A DNA stretch of 64,000 nucleotides from contig JACPPV010000032.1 in NCBI GenBank assembly GCA_016190825.1, positions 4,364 to 68,363 of the forward strand. Reading direction: 5' to 3'. Below, in pieces: positions 19,415 to 29,540 of the stretch. The stretch's first letter is position 1. Every line of letters starts with the position of its first letter. This DNA comes from Chloroflexota bacterium. Its GTDB lineage: Bacteria > Chloroflexota > Dehalococcoidia > Dehalococcoidales > UBA2162. The notes under the pieces are model-generated. The model saw nothing but the letters and a program-made list of their open reading frames with translations, did no database searches and was not told where the DNA came from. The translations under genes were made by a program, and so were the position numbers.

Positions 19415-19615
19415 TCACACGGTCTCAAACTGGAGGCGCTTCAGTTCCTCGGGCGGAATACGCTTCTTAATACCAAGAATCTCAATGCCCACCGCCTGCC
19501 CATTGGCGTTATAGTCCACGATAATGCCGGGCTGAACTTCCTCGGATTCGACTATCTGGCTTTCGTCGAGGCGGAAATACAGGGCATCGCTGGACTCATC
19601 TATCTTGATTCTCAT
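19415..19615 (-). CDS. DUF2283 protein (putative antitoxin)
   Basis: DALYFRL..SEEVQPGIIVDYNANGQAVGIEIL; ATGA overlap with upstream gene. Confidence 0.88.
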   Translation of the reverse strand: MRIKIDESSDALYFRLDESQIVESEEVQPGIIVDYNANGQAVGIEILGIKKRIPPEELKRLQFETV

Positions 19616-19890
19616 ATGTTCCTCCATTCCCGGCGGTCGAAAAACAATGTGACAATAATCATCGGTGACTCGCCTTCTTGCCTGGTCACCACTCTCAGCA
19701 CGCGCCCGCCATGCTCCCGTATCGGCTTTAGATAGTGGACAGTGCCGTCTTCGTTTCGCTCTGTCCGCATCGGCTCCGCTATCGTGCGCTCGACCCACTC
19801 CAGGGCTATGTTACGCTCTTTGAGCATGTCCTCTGCGTGAGCGGTGAAGTTTAGCTCTATTATCAGCGTCTCCTGAGTTAATTTTACCAT
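19612..19890 (-). CDS. DUF4258 protein (putative toxin)
   Basis: FTAHAEDMLKERNI..WVERTIAEP..RVLRVV..IVTLFFDR. Confidence 0.85.
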   Translation of the reverse strand: MVKLTQETLIIELNFTAHAEDMLKERNIALEWVERTIAEPMRTERNEDGTVHYLKPIREHGGRVLRVVTRQEGESPMIIVTLFFDRREWRNI

Positions 19891-19920
19891 AAAGCGGGTG
19901 GCTACACTGAATTAAGTCCG

Positions 19921-21315
19921 TCATTCACTTGCGCTTGCTTCCTTCCCTCTCCCCACCCCCACCCTTATCGCCTCCCGGAGTGTGGCGGCGGGGATAAGCT
20001 CGATTTCGGGGGGAGCGTCAATCCGGGCATTGGCCTTGGGAATGATGCAGCGTTTGAAGCCAAGGCGGGCGGCTTCGTTCACCCGGCGGTCAAGCTGGGG
20101 GACGGCTCTTAGCTCGCCACCCAGCCCCACCTCCCCCACCACCGCCATGTGCGGGTCAACAACGGCATCGCGGAAGCTGGAGGCAATTGCCATGGCAATG
20201 CCCAAATCCGCCGCCGGCTCTTCGATTCTCAGCCCGCCGGTGACGTTGACCAGGACATCCTGGTTACCCAGCTTCAGGCCGGCCCTTCTGGATAGCACGG
20301 CGGAGATCAGGAGCAGTCGATTGAAGTCCACCCCGCTGGCGGTGCGCCGGGGTTGCCCGAAGCTCGTTGGATTGGTTAGTGCCTGTATCTCCACCAGCAG
20401 AGGGCGGGTGCCCTCGAAGGTGGGCACTACCACCGAGCCAATGGTCTCCTCACCTCTTTGGGACATGAACGCCTGTGATGGATTTGCCACTTCGACCAGA
20501 CCCTCCGATTTCATCTCGAAGACGCCGATTTCGTTGGTAGAGCCGAAGCGGTTCTTCACACTCCGCAGTAGGCGATAAGGACTGAAAGGCTCCCCCTCCA
20601 GGTAAATTACAACATCGACGATGTGCTCCAGGACGCGAGGCCCGGCAATGGCGCCGTCCTTGGTCACGTGGCCCACCAGGAAGATTGGCACGTTCCGCGT
20701 TTTTGCCCAGTGCATCAGCCTTGAGACGCACTCCCGCACCTGTGTGACGCTGCCGGAAGAGGAATCCACTTGAGGCGCGTACACCGCTTGCACCGAATCA
20801 ACCACAACCAGGCCGGGGGTAAGTGTTTCGACCTGGTCCAGGATGACTTCGAGGTTGGTCTCCGACAGGAGGTAAAGGTTTTCTCCCCTTATCCCCAGCC
20901 GCTCCGCCCGCAGCTTGATCTGGCGCTCTGTCTCTTCCCCCGAGACGTAAACCACTGTACTACCCCCTTGCGCCATCAAAGCGGAAACCTGGAGCAGCAG
21001 AGTTGATTTGCCGATGCCCGGGTCGCCCCCGATGAGCACCACCGAGCCCGGCACCAGCCCCCCTCCCAGCACCCGGTTAAATTCATTGATCGCCAGTGGC
21101 AGCCGGTCTCGGGCTTCGATGGAGACCCCCGACAGTTCTAGTGGCGGGCTCAGGGATGCATCCGGCTGAAATGCCGCTGAAACGACGACCGTTTTTTCGA
21201 CCAGGCTATTCCACTGCTGGCACTCGGGGCAGCGGCCCAACCATTTGAGGCTCTCCTTGCCACATTCCTGGCAGACAAAGATGGCGCGGCTTTCCGGGCG
21301 GTTGCTTCTGACCAT
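19921..21315 (-). CDS. radA: DNA repair protein RadA/Sms
   Basis: Zn finger CQECG..CPEC, GDPGIGKST, KNRFG, Lon-like C-terminus. Confidence 0.97.
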   Translation of the reverse strand: MVRSNRPESRAIFVCQECGKESLKWLGRCPECQQWNSLVEKTVVVSAAFQPDASLSPPLELSGVSIEARDRLPLAINEFNRVLGGGLVPGSVVLIGGDPGIGKSTLLLQVSALMAQGGSTVVYVSGEETERQIKLRAERLGIRGENLYLLSETNLEVILDQVETLTPGLVVVDSVQAVYAPQVDSSSGSVTQVRECVSRLMHWAKTRNVPIFLVGHVTKDGAIAGPRVLEHIVDVVIYLEGEPFSPYRLLRSVKNRFGSTNEIGVFEMKSEGLVEVANPSQAFMSQRGEETIGSVVVPTFEGTRPLLVEIQALTNPTSFGQPRRTASGVDFNRLLLISAVLSRRAGLKLGNQDVLVNVTGGLRIEEPAADLGIAMAIASSFRDAVVDPHMAVVGEVGLGGELRAVPQLDRRVNEAARLGFKRCIIPKANARIDAPPEIELIPAATLREAIRVGVGRGKEASASE

Positions 21316-21369
21316 GAAGTAACTTTACTTCATTCCGCCGGAGCGATGCAATATCAAGAGCGTCGTGCT

Positions 21370-23772
21370 TCAGACTCTTAACGTTGCGCCCAATTCCCTC
21401 CCCAGCCTGTCCAGGACTTGTTTGAGAACCCCGTTGACTTCTTCGTCCGTCAGCGTGCGGTCAGGTGAATAGAAGGTCACGCGGTAAGCCAGGGACTTCT
21501 TTCCTGGCGGCACCTGTTCGCCGGAGTAGACATCAAAGAGCGCTACCTGTATGACAAGAGGAAAGCCCTTTATGAGGTCAGCCACCTGCCGGTGGGGGAT
21601 TTCGGTACCCACTACCATCGCCATGTCCCTGACAACCGCCGGGAACCTGGGCAGCGGCTGGAACACCTTCGGCGTCAGAGTGAAGGGAAGCAACGCCGGC
21701 AGGTCTATTTCCAAAACACAGGTTATCCCCACAATCTCGAGGTTCTCCGCCACACGGGGATGGAGGTCACCAACCACGCCCACACGTGTGTCTGAGACAA
21801 GTATCGTCGCCTGCCGCGCCGGGTGTAGACCGGTGTCTGTCCCCCGCTCAAAGCCTGCCGGAACCCCGAGCTGACCGAGTAGCGTCTCGACCACGCCCTT
21901 AGCATCGAAGAAATCCAGCATCTTGTTGTCCCCGTGCCATGACCTCTCTGCCCTGGGACCGTTCAACACGGCACACAGCTTTTCCCGCTCCTCCGGCAGA
22001 TCGCCGGGGCGGGGCATATAGACCCGGCCCACCTCGAACAGCCTTATGCCGCTTTCTTCATATTTTCTGTTGGCAGAGAGGGCTGCCAGCAGCCCGGCGC
22101 GCAGGGTGGGACGAAGGTATTCCTGCTCCACTGTCATCGGGTTCATCAGGCGCAAAGTGTCTTGCCCGTCCGTCAATCCAGCAGGCAAAAGCTTGCCTAA
22201 CAAATCCCGGCTGGTCAGCGAATAGGAGACAATCTCCTGGAATCCGTAGCCCGCCAGCCTGTTCCTCACCTGACGCTTCAGCCCGATAATCGGCTCCGGG
22301 CTCTGCGGCGGTATCGCTTGGCAAAGCATCGTCGTCGGGATACGGTCGTAGCCCAAAATGCGGGCAACCTCTTCGATAAGGTCGACATTATAGCGGATAT
22401 CGGTGCGCCAGTAGGGCGCCGTCACCGAAATCTCCCGGGGTCCGCGTACCTGGCAATCGAAGCCGAGTAAAGCAAGCGTATTTACTGTCTCGTCCAGGCT
22501 GAAGTCCGCACCCAGGATGCGTCTAACATCACCGGTAGAGAGCAGGATGGGCTTCGCCTCCCTCTTTCCGGGGTAGACATCAACGTAACCCTGCGCCGCC
22601 TTGCCTCCGGCGAGTTCCATCATAAGCTGCGTCGCCCGCTTCAACGCCGGAACGGTCAGTTCCGGGCTGATGCCCCTCTCGAAGCGCTGGCTGGCCTCGC
22701 TGGGCAAGCCCAGTGTGCGTGCAGTGTAGTGGATGTTGACCGGATTAAAGCTGGCCGACTCAAGTAATATCGTGGTGGTCTCTGGCGCCACCTCGCTGTT
22801 GGCGCCACCCATCACCCCTGCTATCGCCACCGCCCGCTCGGCATCGGCGATGACCAGCATATCGCTGGAAAGAAGCCTATCATTCCCGTCCAGAGTGGTC
22901 ATCTTTTCACTGTCAATCGCCCGGCGTACGATGATCTTCTTCCCGCGCACCAGGCTGTAGTCGAAAGCATGAAGCGGCTGCCCGTACTCCAGCAGGACGT
23001 AATTGGTTATGTCCACAATGTTGTTTATCGGGCGCATGCCGCAGGCGAGAAGTCGGTGCTGCATCCATGGCGGTGATTCCCCGATCCTCACATCGGTAAC
23101 GATGCTGGCGCAGTAACGCGGGCACAGGTCAGACGCCCGGATTTCTATTGAAACCCGCTCCCCTGTGGGCGGAGGGAACTCCGCGTAATCTGTCGCGGGA
23201 AGACGCACCTTCTGTCCGGTCAACGCGGCGACTTCGCGAGCAAGCCCGATCACTGAAAGACAGTCTGGCCGGTTCGGCGTTACCTCCAGGGTAAAAACTG
23301 CATCGCCGAGATGGTCAGCCAGCGGCATCCCCACCGGCGCATCGGGGGCGAGTACCAGGATACCCTGATGCTCATCGGAAATACCAAGCTCTTTTTCCGA
23401 GCAGACCATCCCGGTGGACTCCACCCCGCGGATCCTGGCGGATTTCAGCCGAACGAACTCCCCGGTGTGCCCGTCAATTAGCTCAGCGCCGACACGCGCA
23501 AAGGCGATCTTATCGCCCACGGAAAGATTCGGTGCACCACATACTACGGTCACCCTCTCTGTGCCCAGGTCCGCGGTTGCCAGGCGCAGGCGGTCGGCAT
23601 TTGGGTGCGGGTTGACCGCTACCAGTTGGCCAACGAAGATGTTTTCCCATCTTCCGCCTGCATTCTCGATCGTTTTGACCTCAAGCCCGGCCATTGTCAG
23701 CTTTCGCGCCACCTCGGCGGCCGACAAAGTGACATCCACATATTCCTTGAGCCAGCTTAATGAAACTTTCAT
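21370..23772 (-). CDS. pheT: Phenylalanine-tRNA ligase beta subunit
   Basis: MKVSLSWL, VVCGAPN, TPNRPDCLS, FDX-ACB tail. Confidence 0.97.
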   Translation of the reverse strand: MKVSLSWLKEYVDVTLSAAEVARKLTMAGLEVKTIENAGGRWENIFVGQLVAVNPHPNADRLRLATADLGTERVTVVCGAPNLSVGDKIAFARVGAELIDGHTGEFVRLKSARIRGVESTGMVCSEKELGISDEHQGILVLAPDAPVGMPLADHLGDAVFTLEVTPNRPDCLSVIGLAREVAALTGQKVRLPATDYAEFPPPTGERVSIEIRASDLCPRYCASIVTDVRIGESPPWMQHRLLACGMRPINNIVDITNYVLLEYGQPLHAFDYSLVRGKKIIVRRAIDSEKMTTLDGNDRLLSSDMLVIADAERAVAIAGVMGGANSEVAPETTTILLESASFNPVNIHYTARTLGLPSEASQRFERGISPELTVPALKRATQLMMELAGGKAAQGYVDVYPGKREAKPILLSTGDVRRILGADFSLDETVNTLALLGFDCQVRGPREISVTAPYWRTDIRYNVDLIEEVARILGYDRIPTTMLCQAIPPQSPEPIIGLKRQVRNRLAGYGFQEIVSYSLTSRDLLGKLLPAGLTDGQDTLRLMNPMTVEQEYLRPTLRAGLLAALSANRKYEESGIRLFEVGRVYMPRPGDLPEEREKLCAVLNGPRAERSWHGDNKMLDFFDAKGVVETLLGQLGVPAGFERGTDTGLHPARQATILVSDTRVGVVGDLHPRVAENLEIVGITCVLEIDLPALLPFTLTPKVFQPLPRFPAVVRDMAMVVGTEIPHRQVADLIKGFPLVIQVALFDVYSGEQVPPGKKSLAYRVTFYSPDRTLTDEEVNGVLKQVLDRLGRELGATLRV

Positions 23773-23773
23773 A

Positions 23774-24811
23774 TCAGAATTGCCTCAAAAATCTCAGGTC
23801 GCTGCCGTAAAAAAGACGCACATCGTCAATGCCGTAGCGCAGCATCGGCAAACGGTCTATGCCGATGCCAAAGGCAAAGCTGGTGTACTCTGCGGGGTCT
23901 ATCCCTCCGCGCTCCAGCACGCGGGGATGGGTCATTCCGGCGCCGAGTATCTCGATCCAACCACTGTTGCCGCAAAGACGGCAACCCTCGCCGTGACAGA
24001 CGGCGCACTCGATGGCCATTTCAACGCCCGGCTCGACAAAGGGAAAAAAGTCGCACCGGAAGCGCACCCTTCTATCCGGGCCAAAAAAACGGCGGGCGAA
24101 CTCGTAGAGCGTGCCTTTAAGGTCAGCCATGGTGATGCCTTTATCAACCGCCACAGCGTCAACCTGGTGGAACATCGGCACATGGGTGGCATCGCTCGCC
24201 TCGTAGCGGAACACCCTCCCCGGCTCAATAGTGCGAATCGGGGGCTTCATCGTCTCAACAATCCGTGCCGTGACCGAAGTGGTATGGGTGCGGAGGAGCG
24301 CCATCCATTCCCTGTCAGACGGCGGCGTATCAAGCCAGTAGGTAGACATCGAATCACGTGCCGGATGTTCCTTCGGGATGTTTAGCGCCTCAAAGTTATA
24401 GTAGTCCCACTCCACCTCTGCCCCCTCGACCACCTGGAATCCTAGTGACGCGAAGATATCGCACATTTCGTAAATGGTCTGCGTGATGGGGTGCAGGCGG
24501 CCAGAGGGAAGAGGGCGGCCCGGCAGTGTAATATCAACGGACTCAGCACCGGTGACAGCTATCCCCGTTTGGCGTAAAGCCTGCTCCTTCTCTTTCAGAA
24601 GGTCCTCAAGCTCAACCCTGAGCTGGTTTGCCCGGCTGCCAACAGTCTTTCTCGCTTCAAGCGGCAGCGTTCCCAACCCCCGCAGAACGCGGGTCAGCTC
24701 GCTGTTCCTGCCGAGATACTTCACCCGCCAGGATTCCAGCCCCTTAGGACTGCCCGCCCCCGATAGCGCCTGCAGCGCCTCCGCCCTTAGTTCGCCAACA
24801 GGGTCCCGCAT
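23774..24811 (-). CDS. pheS: Phenylalanine-tRNA ligase alpha subunit
   Basis: HPARD, LLRTHT, FFPFVEP, WIEILGAG. Confidence 0.97.
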   Translation of the reverse strand: MRDPVGELRAEALQALSGAGSPKGLESWRVKYLGRNSELTRVLRGLGTLPLEARKTVGSRANQLRVELEDLLKEKEQALRQTGIAVTGAESVDITLPGRPLPSGRLHPITQTIYEMCDIFASLGFQVVEGAEVEWDYYNFEALNIPKEHPARDSMSTYWLDTPPSDREWMALLRTHTTSVTARIVETMKPPIRTIEPGRVFRYEASDATHVPMFHQVDAVAVDKGITMADLKGTLYEFARRFFGPDRRVRFRCDFFPFVEPGVEMAIECAVCHGEGCRLCGNSGWIEILGAGMTHPRVLERGGIDPAEYTSFAFGIGIDRLPMLRYGIDDVRLFYGSDLRFLRQF

Positions 24812-24855
24812 TTCCCACCATCCAGAACTGATATTTTGCTCGGCTTGTCTGTCCC

Positions 24856-24888
24856 AAAATACGGAGACCCTCCGCCTGGGAGGGTCTC
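24856..24888 (-). terminator. Attenuator-type hairpin upstream of pheS
   Basis: GAGACCCTCC-caggc-GGAGGGTCTC followed by CGTATTTT (weak U tract). Confidence 0.65.
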
Positions 24889-24953
24889 TTGCTCATGTCA
24901 ATTAAGTTGTGCTCCGTCAGAGGCGTCTTTCTTACGCCAACACCCTCCAGGCG

Positions 24954-25028
24954 TCAGTCCCGATACATCGGGACGCCGGTAAACGTAAAGATAAAGCTCT
25001 TTGCCTGGGAGAAGTCGTTGGTCCCCAT
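24954..25028 (-). CDS. Putative Phe-rich leader peptide (PheM-like) MGTNDFSQAKSFIFTFTGVPMYRD
   Basis: ATG after GCAGGA; 4 Phe codons including FIFTF; lies between promoter and hairpin before pheS. Confidence 0.65.
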   Translation of the reverse strand: MGTNDFSQAKSFIFTFTGVPMYRD

Positions 25029-25060
25029 ATTCCTGCCGCTCAAATATTTTTGTAAAAACA

Positions 25061-25089
25061 AGCCTAGCATAAGGAAAAAGGGTTGTCAA
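25061..25089 (-). promoter_or_regulatory. sigma70 promoter of the pheST leader
   Basis: TTGACA-17-TAGGCT with TGn extension. Confidence 0.7.
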
Positions 25090-25176
25090 TACGTTGGGAG
25101 GCTGGTTGTTTTAAGTATCTTGTGGCAGGAAAGTGCCGATGTTAGAATGTAGTCCTGTGTCAGAAGGAGAGAAATC

Positions 25177-25803
25177 ATGATTTTGGAAAGGCTTGAAGTC
25201 GGGCCGCTCGCTACAAATTGCTATGTAGTGGGAGATAAAGCAAGCCACGAGGGGATGGTCATTGACCCCGGTGGCGATGCCACGGCCATCCTTGAAAAGG
25301 TTGCGGCTCTGGAACTAAACATAAAGTTCATTGTATTGACCCATGCCCATTTCGACCATATCGGCGCACTGGGAAGAGTGAAGGACGCCATGAAGGCTGA
25401 GATACTCGTCCACCGGGGAGATGCAGAAGCGCTGAGCGGTGGGCACCGTGCCGCAGCCGAGTTCGGGTTTTCCATGCCGGAGGCTCCTCATCCAGACCGG
25501 CTGCTTGGCGATGGGGAAACCCTTCTGCTGGGCGCGTCCGATTTCCGGGTGCTGCATACTCCCGGGCATACGCCGGGCGGCATCTGCCTGGAGGGTGGGG
25601 GCGTGGTTTTCACTGGTGATACGCTATTTAACGGCAGCATAGGCCGTACTGATCTGCCTGGCGGAGACTACGGGATGATATTAGATAGCATAAAGACAAA
25701 ACTGCTAACCTTGCCAGATGGCACGACCGTATATCCCGGACATGGACTGGAAAGCACTATCGGCCGGGAGCGTCGGCTTAATCCCTTCTTGCTGAGCCAG
25801 TGA
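25177..25803 (+). CDS. MBL-fold metallo-hydrolase (glyoxalase II-like)
   Basis: THAHFDH, TPGHTPG, FTGDTLF, PGHG. Confidence 0.92.
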   Translation: MILERLEVGPLATNCYVVGDKASHEGMVIDPGGDATAILEKVAALELNIKFIVLTHAHFDHIGALGRVKDAMKAEILVHRGDAEALSGGHRAAAEFGFSMPEAPHPDRLLGDGETLLLGASDFRVLHTPGHTPGGICLEGGGVVFTGDTLFNGSIGRTDLPGGDYGMILDSIKTKLLTLPDGTTVYPGHGLESTIGRERRLNPFLLSQ

Positions 25804-25868
25804 CAAGCAATCCTAAGGAATTGGAGCGAAAAGTCAACCTGAAGATTCCCATGGTTGCTATCCGCAAA

Positions 25869-27938
25869 CTAAAATATACCGGTAAATCTGCTCAGCACCG
25901 GCGCCAGCAGGAGCGATATTACCGCCATCAGCTTCAGCATGATGTTGAGTGATGGGCCGGAGGTATCCTTCATCGGGTCGCCGGCTGTATCGCCGACGAC
26001 GGCGGCTTTATGTGCGTCTGAACCCTTACCGCCCAGATTTCCCGCCTCAATCCATTTTTTGGCATTGTCCCAGGCTCCGCCGGCATTGTTGAACATAATA
26101 GCAATGATGAAACCGGTGCCCAACGCGCCGACCAAGAAGCCGCCGAGGGCGTACTTCCCCAGAACTATACCTACCACGACCGGGGCGATTACCGTCATCA
26201 GGGCGGGCGCCAGCATCTGTCGGAGAGCGGCTCTGGTACAGATATCAACACACCGTCCGTATTGCGCTTTGGCAGTGCCTTCCCTCAATCCGGGTATTTC
26301 GCGCCACTGACGTCTGACCTCTTCTACGATCATTCCGGTGGTGATACCTACGGATTTCATTGTCATCGCCACAAATATGGCCGGTAAAAGGCCGCCAAGA
26401 ATCACGCCGACTATCACTGGCGCGTTAAGCAGGCTGAGTTCCGGCGTAGCCACTATCTTTCCATTTGGCGAAACGGAGACGAGTCCAGCAGCGACACCGT
26501 AAGAAAGAATCAATCCCAGGGCGTTAAGTATCGCCGCACCGATGGCGAAGCCTTTGCCGGTGGCGGCGGTGGTATTGCCCAACGAATCCAGTGCATCTGT
26601 TTTCTCCCGCACTTCCGGCGGCAAGCCGGCCATGGTGCTGATGCCGCCGGCATTATCCGCCACTGGCCCATAGGCGTCAGTGGCAAGAGTCACGCCCAGA
26701 GTGGAAAGCATGCCGGTGGCGGCTATGGCCACGCCGTAAAAGCCACCGAATTTATAGGCAATCACAGTGGCGAAGCCTACCAGAATCACCGATGGCCAGC
26801 AGCTTTCCAGCCCCACTGCCAGGCCGCGGATTACCGTAGCGCCGGCACCAAAAGTAGATGCCTCGGAAATCTCTCTGGTCGGCTTAAAGCTGTAAGAAGT
26901 GAAGTAGCTTGTGGCTTCGCCCATTAGCACCCCGGCGACGAGCCCCCCCAGGACCGCCCAGAAAAGGCCGATATCCGCTTTCAGGAAGAAGATAACCAGG
27001 AAGGAAAAGGCGGCGGTCAAAATCGAAGAGCTAAGTGTGCCCCGCCGGAGAGCACCAAGAAGGGCGCCCATCTCGGGGGTTTCGCCCACCTTAACCATAA
27101 AGCTGCCGATTATCGACGCGATTATTCCGCCAGCAGCGATCAGGATCGGCAGATACCAGGCCGTCTGAATATCGGCAACCACACCGATGCCGACTGCTAT
27201 CGCGGCCAGGGTCATAGAGGCAATGATGGACTCTACATATGACTCAAAAAGGTCTGCTCCCATACCGCAAACATCGCCGACGTTATCCCCCACGAAGTCG
27301 GCAACTACGGCTGCGTTTCTTGGGTCGTCTTCAGGGATACCGGCCTCAACCTTCCCTACCAGGTCCGAGCCGGCATCAGCGCCCTTAGTGAAGATGCCCC
27401 CGCCGACTCTGGCGAAAAGGGCTACCAGAGAAGCCCCGGTGGCATAGGCAGGAACAATGACGATGAATTGGGGATCGTTATGCCAGACAAAGTAAAGGAT
27501 TGAAATGCCGATAATACCAATGCTGACCACGGTCAGTCCCATGACCGCCCCGGCACGGAAGGAAACACGCAGCCCCTGGTTCAGACTCTTCTCGGCGGCA
27601 GCCGTCGTCCGCCCGTTTGCCCTCACCGCAATGTTCATTCCCGCATAACCGGCTGCCATCGAGCAGACAGCACCAAAGACGAAGGCAATCGCTGCGTTCC
27701 AGCTAAGGTCGGGGCTGACAGCGCCCAGCAAGCCCAGGATGATTGCGACCACGATGACAACCGCGGCCAAAGTTCGATATTCCCGGCCGATGAAAGCCAT
27801 GGCGCCTTCCTGGATGGCGGTTGATATTTCCCTGATTCTCGGCGTGCCCGGGCTCTCCCGCAAAACGCTGCGGACAAAATAGGCAACCGCCGCCGCCCCG
27901 AGTATGCCGCTGATTACGGCGATCCAGACCAAGTCCAT
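25869..27938 (-). CDS. hppA: Membrane-integral pyrophosphatase, K+-dependent type (Na+ or H+ pumping)
   Basis: DLVGKVEAGIPEDDPRN, DNVGD, GNTTAA (Ala at the K+-dependence position), GDTAGDPMKDT. Confidence 0.95.
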   Translation of the reverse strand: MDLVWIAVISGILGAAAVAYFVRSVLRESPGTPRIREISTAIQEGAMAFIGREYRTLAAVVIVVAIILGLLGAVSPDLSWNAAIAFVFGAVCSMAAGYAGMNIAVRANGRTTAAAEKSLNQGLRVSFRAGAVMGLTVVSIGIIGISILYFVWHNDPQFIVIVPAYATGASLVALFARVGGGIFTKGADAGSDLVGKVEAGIPEDDPRNAAVVADFVGDNVGDVCGMGADLFESYVESIIASMTLAAIAVGIGVVADIQTAWYLPILIAAGGIIASIIGSFMVKVGETPEMGALLGALRRGTLSSSILTAAFSFLVIFFLKADIGLFWAVLGGLVAGVLMGEATSYFTSYSFKPTREISEASTFGAGATVIRGLAVGLESCWPSVILVGFATVIAYKFGGFYGVAIAATGMLSTLGVTLATDAYGPVADNAGGISTMAGLPPEVREKTDALDSLGNTTAATGKGFAIGAAILNALGLILSYGVAAGLVSVSPNGKIVATPELSLLNAPVIVGVILGGLLPAIFVAMTMKSVGITTGMIVEEVRRQWREIPGLREGTAKAQYGRCVDICTRAALRQMLAPALMTVIAPVVVGIVLGKYALGGFLVGALGTGFIIAIMFNNAGGAWDNAKKWIEAGNLGGKGSDAHKAAVVGDTAGDPMKDTSGPSLNIMLKLMAVISLLLAPVLSRFTGIF

Positions 27939-28061
27939 AACATTCTCCTTTGTGTGAGATACTGTGGTCGGCATTCTTCACCCGGCCACTTTGGCTCTCA
28001 CTAAGCTAGTGAGTTTAGCTTATTTTCCGGCGGAAATCAATGGCTGACGGTTGCAGCCTTA

Positions 28062-28090
28062 TTGACAAATCACTCACACTTTGTTAACAT
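28062..28090 (+). promoter_or_regulatory. sigma70 promoter of the pan operon
   Basis: TTGACA-17-TAACAT. Confidence 0.75.
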
Positions 28091-28154
28091 TCAAACTACG
28101 CAAGGGGAGAAACCATCGACGATTGCGGTGAGTTTCTGCCCGTGGGCTTTAAGA

Positions 28155-28242
28155 TACTGGGTCGCTTGGATCGGGGACGACCGAGACGGCATGAAGAGAC
28201 TGCTAAGTTTGCCTTCTCTGGTTGTTCCGGAGAAGGCTTTTT
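28155..28242 (+). promoter_or_regulatory. Probable pan RNA motif leader with intrinsic terminator
   Basis: CGCTTGGATC..GACCGAGACGG stem (recalled from pan leaders), then GCCTTCTCTGG/CCGGAGAAGGC-TTTTT before the first gene. Confidence 0.65.
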
Positions 28243-28264
28243 GGTTTATTGGCAGGAGGCGGGA

Positions 28265-29152
28265 ATGCTCAGGCTAGGCTTTATCGGAGCAGGGACGGTG
28301 GGTTCGGCTTTAGCCCTTCGACTAAGCGAGAAGGGCTACCCGGTAGTGGCCGTTTCAAGCAGGAGCCACACCTCGGCGGAGAAGTTGGCGCAGGCGATAC
28401 CCGGCTGCCGCGCTGAGCACGATAATCAGGTTGTCGCCGATAGGGCTGAGCTCGTTCTTATTACTACGCCCGATGATGCTATTCCCCGTGTTGCCGCCGA
28501 GACAAAATGGCGCGCCAGGCAAAGCGTGGTCCACTGTAGCGGCGCCGATTCCACGGCGACCCTTGAGCCAGCCAGAAAGGTGGGCGCGCATGTGGGCGCC
28601 TTTCATCCCCTCCAGACATTCGCCAGTGCCCAGCAGGCAATTGAGAACCTCCCCGGTTCCACTTTCGCCATCGAGGCTGAAGAGCCGCTTCTGTCCGTTC
28701 TGAAAGACATGGCTGCTGCTCTTGGTGGGCATTCGATTGAGTTAAGGGCGGAGGATAAAGTGGTCTACCACGCCGCCGCCGTGATGGCCTGCAACTACCT
28801 GGTGACGCTAGTTAAGCTGGCTACGGACTTGTGGCAAAGCTTCGGAGTCCCGCCCCAGGAGGCCACGCGCGCTCTGCTCCCGCTTCTCAGTGGCACAGTG
28901 CACAATATCGAAACAGTTGGCATCCCGCGTTGCCTCACCGGTCCCATTGCCCGAGGGGATGCTGGCACAATCAGAAAGCATCTCGATGCCCTGGAGAAGG
29001 TCGCGCCGGAGCTGCTTGCTGTCTACCGCGAACTCGGCAGGCAGACCATTCCGGTCGCCCTAGGAAAGGGCAGGATAAACCAGCGGCAGGCGGAGGAGTT
29101 GAATACTTTGCTGGGGGAGCCGAGCCTGGCTGGCAGTCAAAGAAAGGGGTAA
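28265..29152 (+). CDS. panG: Rossmann-like + DUF2520 protein, PanG-type ketopantoate reductase
   Basis: [37 protein letters not shown]; first gene of the pan operon. Confidence 0.85.
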   Translation: MLRLGFIGAGTVGSALALRLSEKGYPVVAVSSRSHTSAEKLAQAIPGCRAEHDNQVVADRAELVLITTPDDAIPRVAAETKWRARQSVVHCSGADSTATLEPARKVGAHVGAFHPLQTFASAQQAIENLPGSTFAIEAEEPLLSVLKDMAAALGGHSIELRAEDKVVYHAAAVMACNYLVTLVKLATDLWQSFGVPPQEATRALLPLLSGTVHNIETVGIPRCLTGPIARGDAGTIRKHLDALEKVAPELLAVYRELGRQTIPVALGKGRINQRQAEELNTLLGEPSLAGSQRKG

Positions 29153-29156
29153 GTCA

Positions 29157-29540
29157 ATGCGAACAATGCTGAGGAGTAAAATCCACCGCGCCCGCGTAAC
29201 CGATGCTAATATCGATTACGAGGGGAGTGTCACCATAGACCGGACGCTGATGCAGGAAGCAGATATTCTGCCATATGAGCAGGTACACGTGCTCAATGTC
29301 AATAACGGGGCTCGTTTTACTACCTATGCTATCGAGGGGGAAAAGGGCGAGGTCTGCATCAACGGCGCGGCTGCCCGCCTGGCGGCCAAAGGAGATATAA
29401 TCATTATCCTGGCTTACTCCACCGTGGATGACGAAGAGGCGCGCAACTTCAAGCCAAAATTGGTATATGTTGACGCTAAGAACAGCAAGACTGGTGCCAG
29501 GCGCGGCATACGGGCAATGACTCTGTTGGAGACGGAATGA
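29157..29540 (+). CDS. panD: Aspartate 1-decarboxylase
   Basis: SKIHRA, YEG-S cleavage site, [14 protein letters not shown]. Confidence 0.96.
   Translation: MRTMLRSKIHRARVTDANIDYEGSVTIDRTLMQEADILPYEQVHVLNVNNGARFTTYAIEGEKGEVCINGAAARLAAKGDIIIILAYSTVDDEEARNFKPKLVYVDAKNSKTGARRGIRAMTLLETE

Noticed and set aside
23414-24385. Long antisense ORFs (also 30467-31396, 60931-62004 and others in the track)
   Set aside because: Shadow frames of well-supported genes, with no recognisable motifs.
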